64,000 nucleotides of DNA. Origin: Phoronis australis. Lineage: Eukaryota; Animalia; Phoronida. Position numbers and translations under genes: made by a program. Under the pieces are notes generated by a model. The model had not been told where the DNA came from and did no database searches. It worked only from the letters and a program-made list of their open reading frames with translations. Each line of letters opens with the position of its first letter. Position 1 is the first letter of the stretch. The stretch covers positions 374,290 through 438,289 of the forward strand of contig NMRA01000221.1 of the NCBI GenBank assembly GCA_002633005.1. Direction: 5' to 3'. Below are positions 61,549 through 64,000 of the stretch, one piece after another.

Positions 61549-64000
61549 ACCCTCCCACACAGTCAAATGGTCATTTCCATGGCTTCCGAATGTTTCTCTG
61601 ACTCAAGAACATGAATGACCACTACTTGTGGTCTAATGCATACTTCCCGGATGAAGGAATAATGCGTATCAACATTAATCGTGTGATACAACTTTTCGAA
61701 TTTTCTGGAACGTATACCGTCAATTTGGATCATAGTCAAAGTATGAACATTGATTTTTGAGTCAATTACATTTTTGCGTTAAAATTCTAAAGCCTCTTCC
61801 ACTTAATTGACGAGTGAGAAGTTTCTAGAGATATGACGTCAGTTTATTTGTAAATCTAATCCTGTTATGAATTACATTTGACTTTTCTTTCGGCAAAAGG
61901 TGAGGCGACTTCATTAAGCGTTTACTCAAGAAGAAATATAAATAACTTTTGAATGAAGAATAGTTGTTGTAGACGGATAAGGTGGCATTGGTTTTACTAT
62001 AATTTAAATATTCGCTATTGATTTTATTATACTTTAAATATTTGCTATGTAAATGTTGTTGATTTAAAAGATATCAGTCTGGCGTATATGACAAACATTT
62101 ATTTAATTTTACTCAATATTATTCATTTCATTACTTATATTTTTACGTATGATTCATTTATTTACATGGGTGCGGTTAAGCAAAGTCTGTGATGCGATTT
62201 TTTCATTATTCTGTTAAGAAGGCAGACATTCCATGATATTATACGTGCGCGACGAATTATGTTTTATAAATTGTCTTGCGTGACAGGCAATGAATTTCAG
62301 TCTACCTCTTCTGTTTTTCACTAAACAAAATGTATTTTCAAACATTGGCATTAAGTTACGAAGTATCTATAACCATCCAAGCTGAATTCTCCATTTAATA
62401 CCTGGACATTACTGTCCCGAAGGGGGCGTATGTAATCCTGGTGTGCGAACAGGAAATGATGTGCTATGGCCGTGTGTTGTTGCTAGGTTAGATTTAGGTG
62501 CTGTTTAAGTCCCTCCCTCAGTCAAATTTGTTTAGCAAGTCACGTGCTTAACTAAGTGTATTTTTGCTGATAAAGTGTTATGGCTTATGGTGCTCAGCAA
62601 TATAGGAATCATCCCACCAAGTGACGTCATATCTTTTGTCAGAATAGTAATAACGCAATGTGTTTTCTAAAACTAAAATATTGTAGGCCTTGCAAGGCCG
62701 AATTTTCCTATGTCGTCTATCTTTATGTTGTGCAAATGCATTGGCCCTTTTTAAACACCTAGAGCCATCAATTACAAGTCTAGAACCAAGGTTGATACCA
62801 ATTTGTATTTGACCTGTTTGAGTTGTGCCATTAGTGACTGTGAAATTACCTCATTTAAAAATATATGATACGTAGATTATTGTTGTTGTTGTTTTAACTG
62901 TCATTATAGTTTATCTTCTAAGTCTAAAACTGTTAATAAAATGAAACGCTCATATAAAAATTGTGTTTTTCTTTAGGTTGCCTTATCAAACAAACGCAAC
63001 TTGATTTTTAGGCAATTGTTCAATTTCGTTAACTAAGATTGGAAATTAATCGAAAACAGAGACCAGGCGCAGGTGGGGGTACGTGAATCCGTAAATCAGA
63101 CGCTGGTGAGTTACGTGAACCCGTAAATCAAGTAAAGCTACCATGAAACCACAAAAGAAACGAATTTCTATTTCGACTACTCCCCAAAATAAACCAGGTA
63201 TCCTTTTTATCCTTAACCACTTGAGAAGTGATTTCTAGACTTGAAATAAACTGAGAGTTCATTGTTGCTTGACATGCGCGCACCCAGCCCAACATATAGG
63301 GCGGAACTCGAATTTGTGGCAATGTGGACCTTTTTCTAACAAAAAATACGGTGAACTAAAGGAAAAAAACGGGGAACCACGTTCAGAGCTATGAATTTTG
63401 CATTCGCGCCTTTTGAGTGGAATTTTGTCTCGTTTTCTCGGACTTTTTGTTTCTTTGAGAGGCACCTTTGTGCCCACATCGCCAAATGGAGGGGGTCATT
63501 CGAGTCCCCCGAGCCCGCCCTGGGTGCGTGCATGCTTGAAACAAGGCTAGGCACATGAAATGACCCACTCACACGACAGCCCAGCTTCTTGAGGAATAAC
63601 TTTAGCGAAATCAATTTACTACAAGAGGTCCACATCAAATATTTTTGAGGGGTGGCTTAATTGCACAATAGGGTTTTATATTGAGAAGACATGCTCTTCT
63701 TACGTCTTTCAACTTTTGTGCTTCTCAATAATTTTTAACGAAATCTTGACTTGGGGAGGAATATCGTGTGAATTTCAATATTCACCGACCAAACTGTAAA
63801 ATCTTCCGTCAGCCTACATTATAAGTTGCAATGAATGACTAATATAATTGCGAAGCATTACGTTAGATGTCCTTGACAAACGTACAGTCACCCTGACAAA
63901 CGCGTCACATAGTTCTGGGCTAAGATAAAATGTATTGCTTTGTTGTGAAGTGTCAAGCGTGCGGTGAAAGGTCACGTCATTGATGTTTATTATGGAATGG

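Overview
Intron-rich invertebrate (metazoan) genomic DNA; the species cannot be determined from the sequence. No prokaryotic operons, CRISPR arrays, rRNA genes or intact tRNA genes were found. Three protein-coding genes were reconstructed by hand from GT-AG sites with consistent intron phases. (1) The 3' part (11 exons, 560-11639, +) of a divergent TRPV channel of the Inactive/OSM-9 type; its ankyrin N-terminus lies upstream of the window. (2) A complete 22-coding-exon FGD6-like RhoGEF (DH-PH-FYVE-PH, about 1573 aa, 46230-17996, -), convergent with the TRPV gene. (3) A small ankyrin-repeat gene (about 59733-61548, +) with two possible C-termini. Non-coding space holds a MITE family with 5-bp target-site duplications (4 copies), a tRNA-derived SINE (4 copies), palindromic MITEs, a Penelope GIY-YIG remnant, a possible Kolobok remnant and many minisatellites. 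The most notable non-coding signals are minimal type-I hammerhead ribozyme motifs on the FGD6 sense strand: one with an intact core at 50861-50902 and one with a single core substitution next to a poly(A) signal at 15668-15711. I see no convincing new multi-gene system.
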